Origin: Terriglobales bacterium
GTDB taxonomy: Bacteria > Acidobacteriota > Terriglobia > Terriglobales > Acidobacteriaceae
Reading direction: 5' to 3'
Length of the DNA: 64,000 nucleotides
Assembly: GCA_030038475.1 (NCBI GenBank)
Contig: JASHOU010000185.1
Coordinates: 4,540-68,539, forward strand
Both the position numbers and the translations under genes were made by a program. The notes under the pieces were generated by a model, which ran no database searches, was not told where the DNA came from, and saw nothing but the letters and a program-made list of their open reading frames with translations. Each line of letters begins with the position of its first letter. Positions within the stretch are counted from its first letter, which is position 1. Positions 1-9,190 of this stretch are shown here, in pieces.

Positions 1-817
1 GCCAGCCGAGATCGAGAGGAATGCGCCAGTCGAGGCCGATCACCTCGGCGCCAGTTTCCTGCATAGAAGGTAGAAGCGTCGCGCTGTCGGTGCCAAAGTA
101 AATGACAGGCGCTCCGGTTTTTTGCAGATGTTTCACCAGGTCGCTCACGTGTGGCAGAACATAGCGGCGATAATCTTCGACGCTCAAACAGCCAACCCAA
201 CTGTCGAAGATCTGGATGGCATCGGCACCGGCGCGCACTTGCTCAGCGGAGTATTCAGCAGTCACGGCGACCAGTTTCTTCATCAGTTGGTTCCACGCCG
301 CGGGCGTGGAGTACATCATCTTCTTGGTGAAAATATAGTTGCGCGAGCCCCCGCCTTCGATCATGTAACTGGCGAGCGTGAACGGCGCGCCGCAGAATCC
401 GATAACCGGCAGCGTGTCGCCGAAGTGTTTGCACACCAGCTTTACGGCTTCAGAGACGTAGCCGAGATCGGCGGCGCGATCGGTGCGAAGCTGAGCGATA
501 TCTTCGGCCGTGCGCACAGGCTTTTCGATTTTTGGTCCTTCGCCGGCCGCGAAGTGAAAGGGCAATCCCATGACTTCAAGTGGAAGAAGAAGATCGGCGA
601 AGATGATGGCTGCGTCTACCTTCAGAATCTCGGCCGCTTCAATCGTGACCTGGGCCGCAACCGCGGGCTTCTTGCAAATCTCGATCAGGGAGTGTTTTTT
701 GCGAACTGCACGATATTCCGCCATGTAACGCCCGGCCTGGCGCATGAACCAAACCGGAGTTCGCTCAGTAAGCTGAGCTTTGGCAGCGCGCACAAACAGA
801 GAGTTGGGGGCAGACAT
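1..817 (-). CDS. hemE: Uroporphyrinogen decarboxylase (partial; C-terminal end lies beyond the window edge)
   Basis: Reverse-strand translation from ATG (complement of 815-817) reads MSAPNSLFVRAAKAQLTERTPVWFMRQAGRYM..., the URO-D N-terminal signature. The ORF runs off the window, so it is absent from the supplied track. Track ORF 122..895 (+) is its antisense shadow. Confidence 0.9.
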   Translation of the reverse strand, partial: MSAPNSLFVRAAKAQLTERTPVWFMRQAGRYMAEYRAVRKKHSLIEICKKPAVAAQVTIEAAEILKVDAAIIFADLLLPLEVMGLPFHFAAGEGPKIEKPVRTAEDIAQLRTDRAADLGYVSEAVKLVCKHFGDTLPVIGFCGAPFTLASYMIEGGGSRNYIFTKKMMYSTPAAWNQLMKKLVAVTAEYSAEQVRAGADAIQIFDSWVGCLSVEDYRRYVLPHVSDLVKHLQKTGAPVIYFGTDSATLLPSMQETGAEVIGLDWRIPLDLGW

Positions 818-1042
818 GAACCTCTTAATTTAGCATTATCGAGCGAGATGCGGCGCAGCAAGGTGCGACGGATTGGGCTCAGTCAGACCCTTTAACCACA
901 GGGGACACAGAGGTGCACGGGGGATTTCTTCGATTAGGCATGCAGCCCACCCCTGCCAAGTGGACATCCCTTGATTGGACTGTGTATTGGCCCATATCGA
1001 GGACCCCATATTGGTCTATCGGCCACTGGCTTGGTACACCCC

Positions 1043-1058
1043 TGGCACCTACTAAGCA
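1043..1058 (+). promoter_or_regulatory. Candidate sigma-54 (-24/-12) promoter
   Basis: TGGCACctactaaGCa has GG and GC in the canonical 12-nt register of TGGCACG-N4-TTGCW. The -12 region is AAGC rather than TTGC. It lies 28 nt upstream of the 1086 ATG. Confidence 0.3.
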
Positions 1059-1085
1059 AGCCGAAGGTCTTTCAAACTGGATGCC

Positions 1086-2684
1086 ATGCGACTCCCCCAG
1101 TCCTTCATCCAATCTCTCTTTCTTCGTACAGTCAATGTCCGCATAGTCAACTTTTCAATCCTCACCTGGGTGATCCTGTTGCTGGCATGGATGCCGGTGA
1201 GCGCCAGAGCAGCCAGTTCACAACTCGTTTTCATGCCTACGCAACTTCGATTCGGCAATGTCGAACTCGGTGACGGCGAAATTTTATCTGCCACGGTAAC
1301 GAACAGCGGGCAGACGAGCGTGACGATCGAGTCCATCACTGTGGGTAAGCCCGAATTCGCCACGTCGGGTTTCGACCTGCCCTTGACTCTGTCTGCGGGA
1401 CAGAGCGCCGAACTGAGCGTGAGCTTCACTCCCACGGCTCTGGGATGGCAGGGCACCACGGTCAAACTGATCAACAGCGAATCGGAGTCTGCGGTTCTTG
1501 AGGTTGCGGGTACAGGCACAAGCAGCGAAGTTGTGACCGCGAACCCTACGACAGTTTCGTTTGGTCAAGTGGCGATCGGAGGCACATCGACTGTCTCTGT
1601 CGTCGTTACGAATGTCGCTTCACGGAAAGTGATGCTGTCGTCAGTGCAGACAACGGGCGCCGGATTTTCGGTGAGCGGGCCCGCGTTTCCATTGACCTTG
1701 AATCAGGGGCAAAGCATTACGTTGAGCGCAACGTTTTCGCCGCAATCAGCGGGCGCGAGCGGAGGCAGCGTGTTTGTTTCCGGGCCCGGGCTGGCGATAC
1801 CGCTGAGCGGTACGGGTGAGACGCCGGGTCAACTCACCGCCAATCCTGCGAGTCTGGCGTTTGGCAGTGTGCAGGATGGCAGCAACGTGACTTTGACCGA
1901 CTCGCTCACGAATACTGGCGGGTCGAGCGTAACCATTTCGCAAGCCGGGGTCACGGGAGCGGCTTTCAGCATTAGCGGATTGAATCTGCCGCTGACGCTC
2001 AGTCCTGGATCGAGCGTAACGTTCAGCACAGAGTTCGCGCCACAATCGCCGGGCAGCGCAAGCGGCGGTATCACCGTGATCTCCAATGCCTCAGACTCGA
2101 GTTTGAACATTTCGCTGTCTGGTACAGGGATGGCGCAGGGGCAGTTAAACATCGCTCCTACGTCAGTGAGCTTTGGCAACGTGAATGTGGGCGCGAGCGC
2201 CAGCCAGACGGATAGCATCAGCGCCAGCGGCGCGAGCGTGACCATTTCATCGGCTAGCCTGAACAACTCCGAGTTCTCGCTGACAGGAATTTCGTTTCCG
2301 CTGACGATTGCGGCCGGGCAAAGCGTGGCAGCCACGCTGACGTTTGCCCCGCAGTCTGCTGGAAATGCCAGCGCCGTGCTGACGTTTACCAGCAACGCCG
2401 CGAATGCACCGACTGAGTCTATGAGCGGGGACGGCATTTCACAGACATACAGCGTTTCGCTTTCCTGGGCGGATTCCGGCTCGGGGATTGCCGGATATAA
2501 CGTCTTCCGTGGCACAGTACCAGGAGGGCCGTACTCGCAAATCAATTCGTCGCTCGATCCTACTCCCGCGTACACTGACAGTTCGGTCGTAGCCGGACAG
2601 ACCTACTATTACGTGGTTACGGCAGTGAACGAGAGCGGAGTGCAAAGCTCGTATTCCAATCAAACGGAGGCTGTAATTCCGTAA
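1086..2684 (+). CDS. Secreted multi-Ig-fold repeat protein (choice-of-anchor-D / HYDIN-like repeats) with C-terminal fibronectin type III-like domain
   Basis: N-terminal hydrophobic signal (ILLLAWMPVSARAAS). There are about five ~90-aa repeats of the pattern FG.V..G.S....V.TN.G...V.IS....G..FS.SG...P.TL..GQS....V.F.P. The tail is YSVSLSWADS...GYNVFRG...YYYVVTAVNESG (FN3-like). Confidence 0.75.
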   Translation: MRLPQSFIQSLFLRTVNVRIVNFSILTWVILLLAWMPVSARAASSQLVFMPTQLRFGNVELGDGEILSATVTNSGQTSVTIESITVGKPEFATSGFDLPLTLSAGQSAELSVSFTPTALGWQGTTVKLINSESESAVLEVAGTGTSSEVVTANPTTVSFGQVAIGGTSTVSVVVTNVASRKVMLSSVQTTGAGFSVSGPAFPLTLNQGQSITLSATFSPQSAGASGGSVFVSGPGLAIPLSGTGETPGQLTANPASLAFGSVQDGSNVTLTDSLTNTGGSSVTISQAGVTGAAFSISGLNLPLTLSPGSSVTFSTEFAPQSPGSASGGITVISNASDSSLNISLSGTGMAQGQLNIAPTSVSFGNVNVGASASQTDSISASGASVTISSASLNNSEFSLTGISFPLTIAAGQSVAATLTFAPQSAGNASAVLTFTSNAANAPTESMSGDGISQTYSVSLSWADSGSGIAGYNVFRGTVPGGPYSQINSSLDPTPAYTDSSVVAGQTYYYVVTAVNESGVQSSYSNQTEAVIP

Positions 2685-2780
2685 AAGTCGGCGATTCGGC
2701 CCAGCGTATTGAGCAGAGAGCGGAGACTGACTTCCGCGGCATTGCAGCTATAATGGCAGGCTTCCAAAAAAAGGAGCTGC

Positions 2781-5081
2781 ATGCGACCCTTCTCTGCGAT
2801 TGTGCTGATCTACACGCTGACGTTTTCCCTTGCCGTCCCACCTTTATCGTTCGGCGCTGACCCAGCCAGCTCAAGCCCGGCTGCTCTCGTCGGTTACTCG
2901 CCGCGCGCCAGCCAGAGCGAGCGCGAATGGGAGACGAAATTTCGCGCCAATCCTGACCCCACTAACCTACGGGAATACATGCAACGGTTGAGCGCGCGGC
3001 CGCACCACGTCGGCTCGCCCTACGATAAAGACAATGCCGAGTGGATCCTCGCCCACTTCAAGGAATGGGGACTGGACGCGCACATCGAACGGTTTGACGT
3101 TCTGTTCCCGACTCCGAAGATTCGCGTGCTGGGGATGGTTTCGCCAACCAAATTCACAGCCAAGCTGGAAGAACCGGCCCTGGCGATCGATCCAACCTCG
3201 AATCAGAAAGACGAGCAATTGCCCACCTACAACGCGTACTCGACTGACGGCGACGTTACCGCGCCGCTGGTGTTTGTGAACTACGGGTTGCCTGAAGACT
3301 ACGAAAAGCTCGACCGGCTTGGCATTTCGGTGAAAGGCGCAATTGTCATCGCGAAGTACTATCAGAGCTGGCGCGGCGTGAAACCCAAGGTCGCAGCCGA
3401 GCACGGAGCTATTGGCTGCCTAATTTACTCGGAACCGAAAGACGACGGTTACAGCGTCGACAATGTGTTTCCGCTGGGGCCGATGCGTCCGCCGGATGGA
3501 GTGCAACGTGGCAGCGTCATGGATTTTGCGTCCGCGAGTCCGGGCGATCCGCTGACTCCGGGGATTGGCGCGACGACCGATGCCAAGCGCTTGCAGCTGA
3601 GCGAGGCAAAAAGCATCACGAAAATTCCTGTGCTTCCGATTTCTTACGGCGATGCGCAGCCCTTGCTGGCCGCACTGGCGGGGCCAATGGCGCCGGAGGA
3701 ATGGCGCGGCACGCTGCCCATTCCTTATCACGTGGGACCAGGGCCGGCGCAGGTTCATCTGAAACTCGCCTTCAATTGGGACATCAAGCCGGTCTACGAT
3801 GTGATCGCGAAAATTCCCGGCAGCGTGGCTGCGGATGAGTGGATCATTCGCGGCAATCACCATGACGGATGGGTGAACGGAGCCGATGATCCCATCTCAG
3901 GGCAGGTTGCTCTGCTGGAGGAAGCACGATCGCTCAGTCTGTTGCTGAAACAAGGATGGAAGCCGCGGCGCACAATCATCTATTGCGCGTGGGACGGCGA
4001 GGAACCGATGTTGCTTGGCTCGACCGAATGGGTCGAGACTCATGCCGACGAATTGGCGGCACACGCAGCGGTTTATATCAACACAGACAGCAACGGTCGC
4101 GGCATTCTGGAGATGCAGGGCTCGCACAGCCTGGAGCAGTTCATCAATGGAGTGGCGCGCGACATTGAAGATCCGGAAACGAAGATGTCAGTGTGGCAGC
4201 GCGCTCAGCTGGTTAAGATTGCCGAGGCAAAATCCGCGGACGAAAAGAAGGAATTGCGGCAGCGAACCGATTTGCGCATCGACGCACTGGGCTCGGGAAC
4301 CGATTTCACAGGGTTTATCGATCACCTGGGCATCGCCTCGCTGAATCTGGGATTTGGCGGCGAGGACCCAGGAGGAATTTACCACTCCATTTACGATGAC
4401 TTCTACTGGTTCACGCATTTCTCCGACACGGATTTTGTCTATGGGCGAGCGATGGCGCAAACCATTGGCACTTCTGTGATGCGATTGGCAGATGCGGAAG
4501 TGTTGCCGTTCAACTTCGTCGATCAGGCCGACACCGTCGAGATGTACACGAAGAACCTGCAGAAATTGCTGGCCGACAAACAGAACGAGGCGCGCGAGCG
4601 CAATCAGGAGCTGGACGAAGGACTGTTTAAGGCGACGTTCGATCCTAGGCGTCCCACAGTCGCGCCGCCGCGGGAAGAAATTCCGCCACACCTGAATTTT
4701 GCGCAGCTGGAGAATGCTGTGGACTCGCTGACGCGCAGCGCGAAGCACTATCAGCAGGCGTTGACGCAGGCGCAGGCAAATCTTGATGACGAACCGGTTA
4801 CGGCAAAGCTGGGCGCGCTGAACAAAGAGTTGATCGAGAGCGAACGACGGTTAACCGATCCCGAGGGGTTGCCACGGCGTCCGTGGTACAAGCATCTGCT
4901 ATATGCGCCGGGCGTTTATTCGGGCTATGGAGTAAAGACGGTTCCCGGCGTCCGCGAAGGAATCGAACTGAAACGGTATGCGGAAGCGGATGAGGAGATC
5001 GTGCGCGTTTCGAAGGCGATCGAAAATGAGTCGGCGCTGATCGAATCGGCGGCGCAGCAGTTGGAACAAACAGGGCGATAG
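2781..5081 (+). CDS. M28-family metallopeptidase, glutamate carboxypeptidase II / transferrin-receptor-like (PA + M28 + dimerisation domains)
   Basis: Signal peptide, then RANPDPTNLREYMQRLSARPHHVGSPYDKDNAEWI, ...WIIRGNHHDGWVNGADDP..., ...CAWDGEEPMLLGSTEWVE..., and a C-terminal PRRPWYKHLLYAPG motif typical of PSMA/NAALADase-like enzymes. GGAG lies 6 nt before the ATG. Confidence 0.85.
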   Translation: MRPFSAIVLIYTLTFSLAVPPLSFGADPASSSPAALVGYSPRASQSEREWETKFRANPDPTNLREYMQRLSARPHHVGSPYDKDNAEWILAHFKEWGLDAHIERFDVLFPTPKIRVLGMVSPTKFTAKLEEPALAIDPTSNQKDEQLPTYNAYSTDGDVTAPLVFVNYGLPEDYEKLDRLGISVKGAIVIAKYYQSWRGVKPKVAAEHGAIGCLIYSEPKDDGYSVDNVFPLGPMRPPDGVQRGSVMDFASASPGDPLTPGIGATTDAKRLQLSEAKSITKIPVLPISYGDAQPLLAALAGPMAPEEWRGTLPIPYHVGPGPAQVHLKLAFNWDIKPVYDVIAKIPGSVAADEWIIRGNHHDGWVNGADDPISGQVALLEEARSLSLLLKQGWKPRRTIIYCAWDGEEPMLLGSTEWVETHADELAAHAAVYINTDSNGRGILEMQGSHSLEQFINGVARDIEDPETKMSVWQRAQLVKIAEAKSADEKKELRQRTDLRIDALGSGTDFTGFIDHLGIASLNLGFGGEDPGGIYHSIYDDFYWFTHFSDTDFVYGRAMAQTIGTSVMRLADAEVLPFNFVDQADTVEMYTKNLQKLLADKQNEARERNQELDEGLFKATFDPRRPTVAPPREEIPPHLNFAQLENAVDSLTRSAKHYQQALTQAQANLDDEPVTAKLGALNKELIESERRLTDPEGLPRRPWYKHLLYAPGVYSGYGVKTVPGVREGIELKRYAEADEEIVRVSKAIENESALIESAAQQLEQTGR

Positions 5082-5192
5082 GGACCGCGAGAGCTACGAC
5101 GAATCACGTGATGGAGAGGGATTTCTGTGCTTAGGGCAATTCTTGCCTGATTTCGTGCCAGAACCCGAGTCCGTTATAATCCCGCATACTCC

Positions 5193-6107
5193 ATGGATTT
5201 CGATCAACTCATCACGTTCCTCGAAGTTGCCAAGCAGGGCAGCTTTTCGCGCGCGGGAGAGAAAGTGTTTCGTTCGCAATCGGCGGTCAGCGCGCAGATA
5301 CGGCAGTTAGAGCAGGAATATGGCGACCGGCTGCTCGACCGCTCCGGCAAAACCGTGAAGCTCACGCCGGCCGGACAGGTGCTCTACGACTACGCTGGTC
5401 GCCTGAAGCAACTGCGCGAGGAGTCGCTGATGGCGGTGGCCGACCACAGCCGCACGCCGCGCGGCACGCTTCGCGTCGGCGCCAACGAAGCAACTTGCCT
5501 CTACGTTCTGCCCGAAGTGTTTGCCGAATACTGCCGGCGCTATCCGCCGGTGCAGATCAACATCTATCGGAATTTCAGTTACAAGGTTATAGAGAAACTG
5601 GAGAATGGCTCCATCGAAGTGGGTTTCGTGACCTTACCCATTCAGTCTCCGAGTCTGATGGTCCGCCCGATTCACCGCGACAAGCTGATGCTGATGGTCA
5701 GCCCGAAAAATCCACTGGCCCGGCATAAAACCGCGGCTGTCCGCGATATCGTCAAGCATCCGGTGTTGCTGCCAAAGACCGGCCACACGCGCAGACTGCT
5801 CGACAAGCTTTTCCGCCCGCATCGCGACGAGTTGCAAGTGCGCATGGAACTGCCCAGCATCGGCATGATCAAAAGCTTCGTTGCCGCCGATCTCGGGGTG
5901 TCGATCATCAGCGCATCGTTCGCCCGCGATGAAGTTGTTGCCGGAAGCGTAAAGCTGATCGATCTGGAGGACGCGGAACTGTTTCGCGAGCTCGGACTGG
6001 CCTATCGGCGCGACCGGACTCTTTCCTGCGCGGGCACTGCATTTATCGAAATCCTGCGAGAAATGACGGAGCCCGGCAAAAAGACAAATATCCCGGCGCA
6101 AGCCTAG
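5193..6107 (+). CDS. LysR-family transcriptional regulator
   Basis: N-terminal wHTH MDFDQLITFLEVAKQGSFSRAGEKVFRSQSAVSAQIRQLE followed by a LysR substrate-binding fold. Length is 304 aa. Confidence 0.9.
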   Translation: MDFDQLITFLEVAKQGSFSRAGEKVFRSQSAVSAQIRQLEQEYGDRLLDRSGKTVKLTPAGQVLYDYAGRLKQLREESLMAVADHSRTPRGTLRVGANEATCLYVLPEVFAEYCRRYPPVQINIYRNFSYKVIEKLENGSIEVGFVTLPIQSPSLMVRPIHRDKLMLMVSPKNPLARHKTAAVRDIVKHPVLLPKTGHTRRLLDKLFRPHRDELQVRMELPSIGMIKSFVAADLGVSIISASFARDEVVAGSVKLIDLEDAELFRELGLAYRRDRTLSCAGTAFIEILREMTEPGKKTNIPAQA

Positions 6108-6143
6108 ACGCCGCGGTAGTCAGCCACTACCTTGAAGAATTCG

Positions 6144-6175
6144 TTCACATTTCTTTCACACTTCAGTTTTATGCT
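6144..6175 (+). promoter_or_regulatory. Pho-box-like direct repeat (TTCACA-N5-TTCACA) plus -10-like TATGCT upstream of the phoU-like gene
   Basis: TTCACA is at 6144-6149 and 6155-6160, an 11-nt register. TATGCT is at 6170-6175, about 10 nt downstream of the second repeat. Confidence 0.35.
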
Positions 6176-6219
6176 AGCTTTTAACAGTTGACAGATCGCA
6201 AGGAATTGGTCAGATCGTC

Positions 6220-6981
6220 ATGGCTGTCAAACGAAAGGCGCGTTTACCGGTGAAGCGCCGCTCGACCTTGACGCGAGCGCGGGCTGTCGAAACTCGCCCG
6301 CATCCGGCGCAGCCGCATAACGGCGCTCAGGCCGACGACTTCGCCGAGGATGGGCTTACCGCGCTGGTCGTGCGAGCTTGCATGATTGCCCGCGACGCAA
6401 TCTACAACGTCAAGGATTTTCTCGCCGACGGTTCACGGCTGGCATTTCTGGCCATCAAAGATTGCGAGAAAGAACTCGACCAGATCGAGCGCAAAATCGA
6501 CGAGCAACTGCCCGAAGCCATTACCCGGGTGGGAGAAACCAAGGCGCGTGAATTGCTGGCCTGCCTGAAATTCATCACCGACCTGGAACGCATCGGCGAT
6601 CTCGCCTACAGTGCCGTGATGCAGATGCAAGCGCGCCGCGAAAAACTGCCTGCGGCCGACTCGCGCCAGCTGATCGAGATGGCAACTCTGCTACGCGAAA
6701 TGCTGGAGCAAGTGCATCAGGGTTTCGTCCAGCGCGATATTGCGCACGCCAAGAGCGTTCTGCAATCCGATCCGGAAGTGGACCGCCTGTGCCATGCCCT
6801 GTTTCACCGACATTTGGCTGAATCCGACAATGCGGGCGGGCAGAAGAATTTCGACATCCTGCTCGCTGCGCAGGCACTGGAGCGGGTTGGCGATCACGCC
6901 AAGAATCTCGCGGAAGAGGTTTACGGCCTCTCCGAAGGCCGCTCTTTGCGGCACAATGCGCGCAAGCTGTCGTCGGCGTAG
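6220..6981 (+). CDS. phoU: PhoU-domain phosphate-signalling regulator
   Basis: Two PhoU repeats with the characteristic E(R)(I/V)GD motifs (DLERIGDLAYS and ALERVGDHAKNLAEEV). There is a basic N-terminal extension. Confidence 0.75.
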   Translation: MAVKRKARLPVKRRSTLTRARAVETRPHPAQPHNGAQADDFAEDGLTALVVRACMIARDAIYNVKDFLADGSRLAFLAIKDCEKELDQIERKIDEQLPEAITRVGETKARELLACLKFITDLERIGDLAYSAVMQMQARREKLPAADSRQLIEMATLLREMLEQVHQGFVQRDIAHAKSVLQSDPEVDRLCHALFHRHLAESDNAGGQKNFDILLAAQALERVGDHAKNLAEEVYGLSEGRSLRHNARKLSSA

Positions 6982-7030
6982 GCGCAAGACGGCTGGCGGT
7001 TGCCGAGCGATTCATCGGCAAGTGACTACA

Positions 7031-7057
7031 GATCCTTCGCTTCGCTCAGGATGACAA
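7031..7057 (+). repeat. Short dispersed motif GATCCTTCGCTTCGCTCAGGATGACAA ('LRMT' element), copy 1
   Basis: It aligns with 19360-19389 (TCCTTCG-N-CT(C/T)AGGATGACA). It is intergenic, downstream of phoU. Confidence 0.6.
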
Positions 7058-7093
7058 ACTATTAGAGAATTTCGTGCAGTTATCTTCCCGCAG

Positions 7094-8053
7094 CTAAGTC
7101 GGTACGGGAACGCTCTCCACGATCTCGCGCAGAACCTGCTCGGCTTGCTCTGATTTTCTCAGCGTGGAAGTGTAAAGCGAACTTACCACCACCCGATGCG
7201 CGAAGACTGAAACAACTAACGGCTTGAAATCTTCCGGAGTGCAATAATCGCGCCCTTCGAGAAACGCCATCGCCTGTGCGGCACGGTACAGCATCTGCGA
7301 TCCGCGCGGAGATACTCCCAGCGATAGATACTCCGACTCGCGCGTCCTGCTAACAATATTCAGCAGATAAGTGATGAGCGATTCATCTACGTGCACCTGA
7401 GTTACGGCCTGTTGGATTTCAACCACATCGGCCGCATTGAGCGCTGGGTGCAGGTTTTCAAGCTGAGCTGCTCCTGCTTCCGAGCGCAGAATCTCGCGCT
7501 CGGCGCTGCCTTCCGGATATCCCATGCGAACCCGCATAAGAAAGCGGTCTAACTGCGACTCGGGCAGGGGATAAGTTCCATGATGCTCGATGGGATTCTG
7601 CGTGGCCAGAACCAGGAACGGCTGCGACAGCGGATAAGAATGCGCATCGATGGTGACCTGCCCCTCATTCATCGCTTCGAGCAGTGCAGATTGAGTTTTC
7701 GGAGTCGTGCGGTTGATCTCGTCGGCTAACAAAACGTTGGCGAAGACAGGTCCACGCTTGAATTCAAACTTCTGCTCGATGGCGGAATAGATGGAGATGC
7801 CGAGAACGTCGGAAGGCAGCATGTCGCTGGTGAACTGGATGCGCTGAAACGAGCAGTCGATGGAGCGGGCGAGCGCCTGGCCGAGAGTGGTTTTGCCGAC
7901 TCCGGGAACGCCTTCGATGAGCAGATGACCTTTCGCGAAGATGGCAACCAGAGCGAGGCGGAGAACCTCGTCTTTACCGCGGATGACGCGGCGCAGAGAC
8001 GATTCCAGTTCCGTGGCGCGCCGCGCGGTTGCGAGCAGGGTCTCAGAAGCCAT
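7094..8053 (-). CDS. MoxR-family AAA+ ATPase
   Basis: GHLLIEGVPGVGKT Walker A, LLADEINR Walker B, VLATQNP, and the C-terminal SPR....L..AA.A.A.L.GR.Y lid typical of MoxR/RavA-like ATPases. Confidence 0.9.
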   Translation of the reverse strand: MASETLLATARRATELESSLRRVIRGKDEVLRLALVAIFAKGHLLIEGVPGVGKTTLGQALARSIDCSFQRIQFTSDMLPSDVLGISIYSAIEQKFEFKRGPVFANVLLADEINRTTPKTQSALLEAMNEGQVTIDAHSYPLSQPFLVLATQNPIEHHGTYPLPESQLDRFLMRVRMGYPEGSAEREILRSEAGAAQLENLHPALNAADVVEIQQAVTQVHVDESLITYLLNIVSRTRESEYLSLGVSPRGSQMLYRAAQAMAFLEGRDYCTPEDFKPLVVSVFAHRVVVSSLYTSTLRKSEQAEQVLREIVESVPVPT

Positions 8054-8110
8054 TGGGTTGGATTCTACTATGGGAGCCGTCGGGAGCGCGGTTACCTACG
8101 TCACGAAACC

Positions 8111-8157
8111 CAGTTCTCAGTTCCCGCAAACTGTTCGTTTGAGAACCGAGAACTACG
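8111..8157. repeat. Heptamer-array hairpin (GTTCTCA / TGAGAAC) between htpX stop and moxR start
   Basis: CAGTTCTCAGTTCCCG - 14 nt - GAGAACCGAGAACTACG. The reverse complement of the left arm matches the right arm at about 12 of 15 positions. Confidence 0.7.
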
Positions 8158-9025
8158 AATTCGGCTGGAAAAATTCTGCCGGTCGTCCCGTCAACCGCTC
8201 GATGCGCTTAGCCGTCGGCGGATGCGTCGAGAACAGGTTGCCGAAGCTGAAGCCTCCGAGGAACGGTTGAATGATGAACAGGTGTGCGGTCGACGGGCTC
8301 GCCACCAGCGGCGCGCGGCGCGAATACGCATCGATCTTCGCCAACGCGCTGGCCAGCGCATAAGGATTGCCGGTCCAGTGAGCTCCGGTATCGTCGGCTC
8401 CATATTCGCGCGAGCGCGAAACGGCAAGCTGAATCAGTATGGCCGCGAGCGGAGCAAGAAAGATCATGATGATCGCGGCAACTCCGCCGCCTCCGCGCTC
8501 TTCGCGTTCACCCCGCATTCCGCCAAAGATCATGCCCCACTTGGCAACGGATGCGAGCCATGTAATCGCTCCCGCCAACGTTGCGGCGATGGAGCTGATC
8601 AGGATATCGCGATTGCGCACGTGGCCCAGTTCGTGCGCGATTACGCCTTCGAGTTCCTCATCGTTGAGCAGGTTGAGGATGCCTTGAGTTACGGCGACCG
8701 ACGCGTGTTGGGGATTGCGGCCGGTGGCGAAGGCATTAGGCGAATCCGTTGGGATGACGTAGACCTTGGGCGTGGGCAAACCGACCTTCTGCGCCAGTCG
8801 CTCGACGATATTGTAGACGCGCGGCAGATCTTCGCGGCTGACGGCCTGCGCGCGATAAGTGGCCAGCGCGATCTTGTCGGAGAAGAAATAGGAAATGAAA
8901 TTCATGACCGCGGCGAAACAGAGTGCCAGCAACATGCCGTTTTGGCCGCCCAAAGCGCGTCCTACCGCCATGAACAACAAAGTCATGACAGTAAGCAACA
9001 GCGTGGTTTTAAATACGTTGTTCAT
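8153..9025 (-). CDS. htpX: Zinc metalloprotease HtpX (M48 family)
   Basis: Multi-TM N-terminus, HELGHVRNRD zinc motif, and a C-terminal STHPPTAKRIERL motif. Confidence 0.9.
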   Translation of the reverse strand: MNNVFKTTLLLTVMTLLFMAVGRALGGQNGMLLALCFAAVMNFISYFFSDKIALATYRAQAVSREDLPRVYNIVERLAQKVGLPTPKVYVIPTDSPNAFATGRNPQHASVAVTQGILNLLNDEELEGVIAHELGHVRNRDILISSIAATLAGAITWLASVAKWGMIFGGMRGEREERGGGGVAAIIMIFLAPLAAILIQLAVSRSREYGADDTGAHWTGNPYALASALAKIDAYSRRAPLVASPSTAHLFIIQPFLGGFSFGNLFSTHPPTAKRIERLTGRPAEFFQPNS

Positions 9026-9094
9026 AATTGCCTCAGATTTTATCAGTCACTTTTATTTGATGTTGGAAACGGCGGTTTTGGCTCACGGGCAGTG

Positions 9095-9129
9095 CCCAGT
9101 TCTCAGTTCCCGGTTCTCAGTTCTCAGTA
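9095..9129. repeat. Five tandem heptamers (CCCAGTT CTCAGTT CCCGGTT CTCAGTT CTCAGTA) upstream of htpX
   Basis: Direct reading of the sequence. This is the same unit family as at 8111, 11706, 31223 and 48388. Confidence 0.8.
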
Positions 9130-9190
9130 AGACCGGAAGCGTTTGAGCGGACGGAAATTGGGACGTTCCCTTTAGCGATCATCCCTGTTC

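Noticed and set aside
122-895. 257-aa + strand ORF at the left edge of the window
   Set aside because: It is the antisense shadow of hemE. The minus strand gives a clean URO-D N-terminus (PVWFMRQAGRY), whereas this frame has no recognisable motifs.
818-1085. 268-nt non-coding gap examined for a riboswitch, ncRNA or small ORFs (track ORFs 879-1112, 913-1146, 971-1273)
   Set aside because: I could not recognise any known RNA-family motif or convincing stem architecture. The small ORFs overlap each other in different frames and have poor composition. I leave the gap unannotated apart from the weak sigma-54 candidate.
7925-9130. 401-aa + strand ORF across moxR/htpX
   Set aside because: It is antisense to two well-supported genes and spans their intergenic repeat. 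Its composition is Arg-rich and low-complexity.
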